Below, in pieces: positions 61,565 to 64,000 of a stretch of DNA of 64,000 nucleotides (positions are counted from its first letter, which is position 1; each line of letters begins with the position of its first letter). A model generated the notes under the pieces. That model did no database searches, was not told where the DNA came from, and saw only the letters and a list, made by a program, of their open reading frames with translations. This DNA comes from Centroscyllium fabricii (Eukaryota): positions 8,618,001 to 8,682,000 of the forward strand of contig JBNRSN020000026.1 of NCBI GenBank assembly GCA_051313645.2, read 5' to 3'. A program made the translations under genes and the position numbers.

Positions 61565-61963
61565 CAGGTTGAGCACCGTTAATCCGGCACGGGCAGGACC
61601 AGGCCCGTGCCGGGAAAGTGAAAATCCTGAACGATTGAAGCTTCGGTGAGCGCATGCGCAGACCATTCAAAACGGCCGCCGCGAAAGGCTGGCAGCCATT
61701 TTGAGTGGTCTGCACATGCGTTTATCGTTCGGGGAGTCCCGGCCCGCGTTCGGGGAGTCCTGGTCCAGCCCGCTATCGGCTCGGAGTGACTATTGCGAAT
61801 GATCTGCGCATGCGCTCGCTGTTCAGCGGCGCATGCGCAGATCATTCGCTGAAGCATCAATCGCGGCGGCCATTTTGCACATGTGCGGGGTAGTCGGGGA
61901 AATTATTGCTGGACGTTCGAAGTTTCCGGTTTTCCGGGTAACGGATTAACGGTGCTCAACCTG
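61565..61963. mobile_element. Tc1/mariner MITE (54502 family)
   Basis: TIR caggttgagcaccgttaatccg on both ends; flanks TA and TC. Confidence 0.88.
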
Positions 61964-62449
61964 TCTCCCAAACTCTGAAAATTAGAACAGGATTATTACA
62001 GAACAACGGGTTTCCATTGGTCTCCCCTTCTGTTCTCATTAGCTCCCAGTCAAAGTAATATATAGAGCTTGACAGATATGTGGTGTTTTAGATGGCGCCG
62101 TCAAGTGTTCATTTTGCTCTGTAATTGGTGCCCATTTTGGAAAATTTGCATGTAGATTTTTTTTTTTTTTTTTTAAAACAGCTCAATTTTATCCCTGCCC
62201 TAGGGAAGGGCTGAAAAGAACTGTATTAAGATTCAGGTTGGAAAGTAGGCCAAAGGTAACCCAGATTTAACTACAGGTGCTGCAGTATACAACAGTTGTC
62301 CTTCACACACACACAAAACAAACTTGGCATACTGCACATTCAGGATCTTGGGAACTTGCCTTCGGCATGGAGGAGGACAAACGTAGGCCAGACAAGTTTT
62401 GCTTGAATTACATCCAAAACAAGCAACAATAGCACCCAGAACACATCAC

Positions 62450-62992
62450 AACAAAGGTAGGTGGCAGTGTCAGTTGCGAAGAGGATGTGAAGAGACTTCA
62501 AGGGGATCTCGACAGGCTCAGTGAGTGGGCGAGAACATGGCAGATGGAATATCATGTGGATAAATTATCCACTTTGGTAGAAAGAACAGAAAGGCAGAGT
62601 ATTTCCTAAATGGTGAAAGATTGGGGAATGCAGATGCTCAAAGGGACCTGGGTGTCCTTTTACATGAGTCACTGAAAGTGAATGTGCAGGTGCAGAAAGC
62701 CATTAGGAAGGCAAACGGTATGCTTGCCTTCATTTCAAGAGGATTTGAGTACAAGAGTAAAGAAGTCTTACTCCAATTATATAGGGCCTTGGTGAGACCA
62801 CACCTGAAGTACTGTGCACAATGTTGGTCTCCTTATCTAAGGAAGGATATACCTGCCATAGAGGGAGTGCAACGAAGGTTCACGAGATTGATTCCTGGGA
62901 TTGCGGAACTGTTGTATGAGAAGAGATTGAGTAAACTAGGCCTGTATTCTCTTGAATTCATAAGAATGAGAGGGGATCTCATTGAAGCATAC
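62450..62992 (+). mobile_element. CR1 ORF2 fragment interrupted by Gypsy 3
   Basis: QRDLGVL, RPHLKYC, MRGDLIEAY. Confidence 0.88.
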
Positions 62993-64000
62993 TGTGGTAA
63001 CCGTTATACCACTGTATCACCATGGCTAATGATGGGCTGTGCAGATGTTAGGCACAGCCCCGTTTACTGTGACTCTGTTGGGAGCCAGGTCAGCCACACC
63101 CCCGACTCCTCCCCCAGGTGAGGCCCCGATATAGGTGTGGCCTGACCGAGGCTCCATCCATTCCTGTACAGTAGTTCATCTGGAGAGTAGCTCCGTTCTT
63201 TAGTAATTAAAAGCCTTTAGTTTCGGTAACTACGCGTCGACTCTTTTAATTGAAGACCTTGACGATACGTCAATTTTAATTACTAAATTATTTTAAAATG
63301 GATAGCAGCAACGTTAAGCCTGACAAGCTGGACATCAGTCCCCAGGACCCTGCTGCTCCCGCTACCTTCGAACACTGGTTCGGTCTACTGGAGGCCTACA
63401 TGGAAGCCGCCGAGGCTACAACAGACAAGGACATGCTACATGTCCTGCGATCTAGGATCTCCAGCAGAGTATTCACCCTCGTCAGGAACGCCACAACCTA
63501 CGAAAGGACTGTACAAATTTTAAAGAAATGCTACGTGCGCCCGGTCCATTCGGTCTACGCCCCACATGTGCTGGCGACCAGACCTCAACTACCGGGTGAG
63601 TCAAATGAGGAGTTTGAGCAAGCGCTCCTGGCCCTGGTACGGGCCTGTGGCTGCAAAGGCACAACTATTGCAGAGGAGGAAGAACTCCTCGTTCGGGATG
63701 CTTATGTCACAGGACTGAGGTGTGTGGAAGCCCGCCAGCGGCTACTAGAGAGAGACAATTTATCCCTCGAGGAGGCAACCACATTAGCCAAATCGGTAGA
63801 GAGGGCCCGCAGAAAGTTACAGGCGTACAGCGGCACTAACCCGCAAGCCTACAACATATGGGCCGCGCCACAACAGGCCCAGGCCTGGGCGCCACAGGCC
63901 GAGACCCCCACGATGGCCGCGACGGCCACTGAAGACGTTAAAAGAAAGCGCTGTTACTTCTGCGGCCAGGGACAGCATCCTAGAGCGAAATGCCCAGCCA
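62993..64000 (+). mobile_element. Gypsy LTR retrotransposon 3: 5' LTR (62993-63272) and gag from 63298, runs off window
   Basis: TG...CA LTR related to solo LTR 40322; MDSSNVKPDKLDI...FEHWF, RDAYVTGL, RQRLLE, CYFCGQGQHPRAKCPA. Confidence 0.9.

Overview
Non-bacterial, repeat-dense vertebrate DNA, very probably from a cartilaginous fish (HE1-type V-SINEs, DeuSINEs, abundant CR1 LINEs). Most of the window is decayed, nested transposable elements: CR1, L2 and RTE LINEs, two L1/Tx1 copies, three Gypsy LTR retrotransposons plus three solo LTRs, Penelope fragments with hammerhead ribozyme motifs, Harbinger- and Tc1/mariner-type elements, and tRNA- and 5S-derived SINEs. Three phase-compatible minus-strand exons (30048-29865, 23962-23863, 18425-18394) look like the 3' end of a host gene I cannot name. 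Main signal: all three Gypsy elements lack a tRNA primer-binding site. Each instead has, 1 nt after its 5' LTR, a 12-14 nt exact or near-exact reverse complement of the ATTAAA-containing segment of its own LTR, and the two arms differ in step between families, suggesting self-priming and/or poly(A)-signal masking. Also notable: a YLDN reverse-transcriptase motif, two Tx1 copies inserted at the same site in Gypsy gag, a four-level nest, and a ~490-bp palindrome. All calls were made by eye with no database searches; boundaries of decayed elements are approximate.
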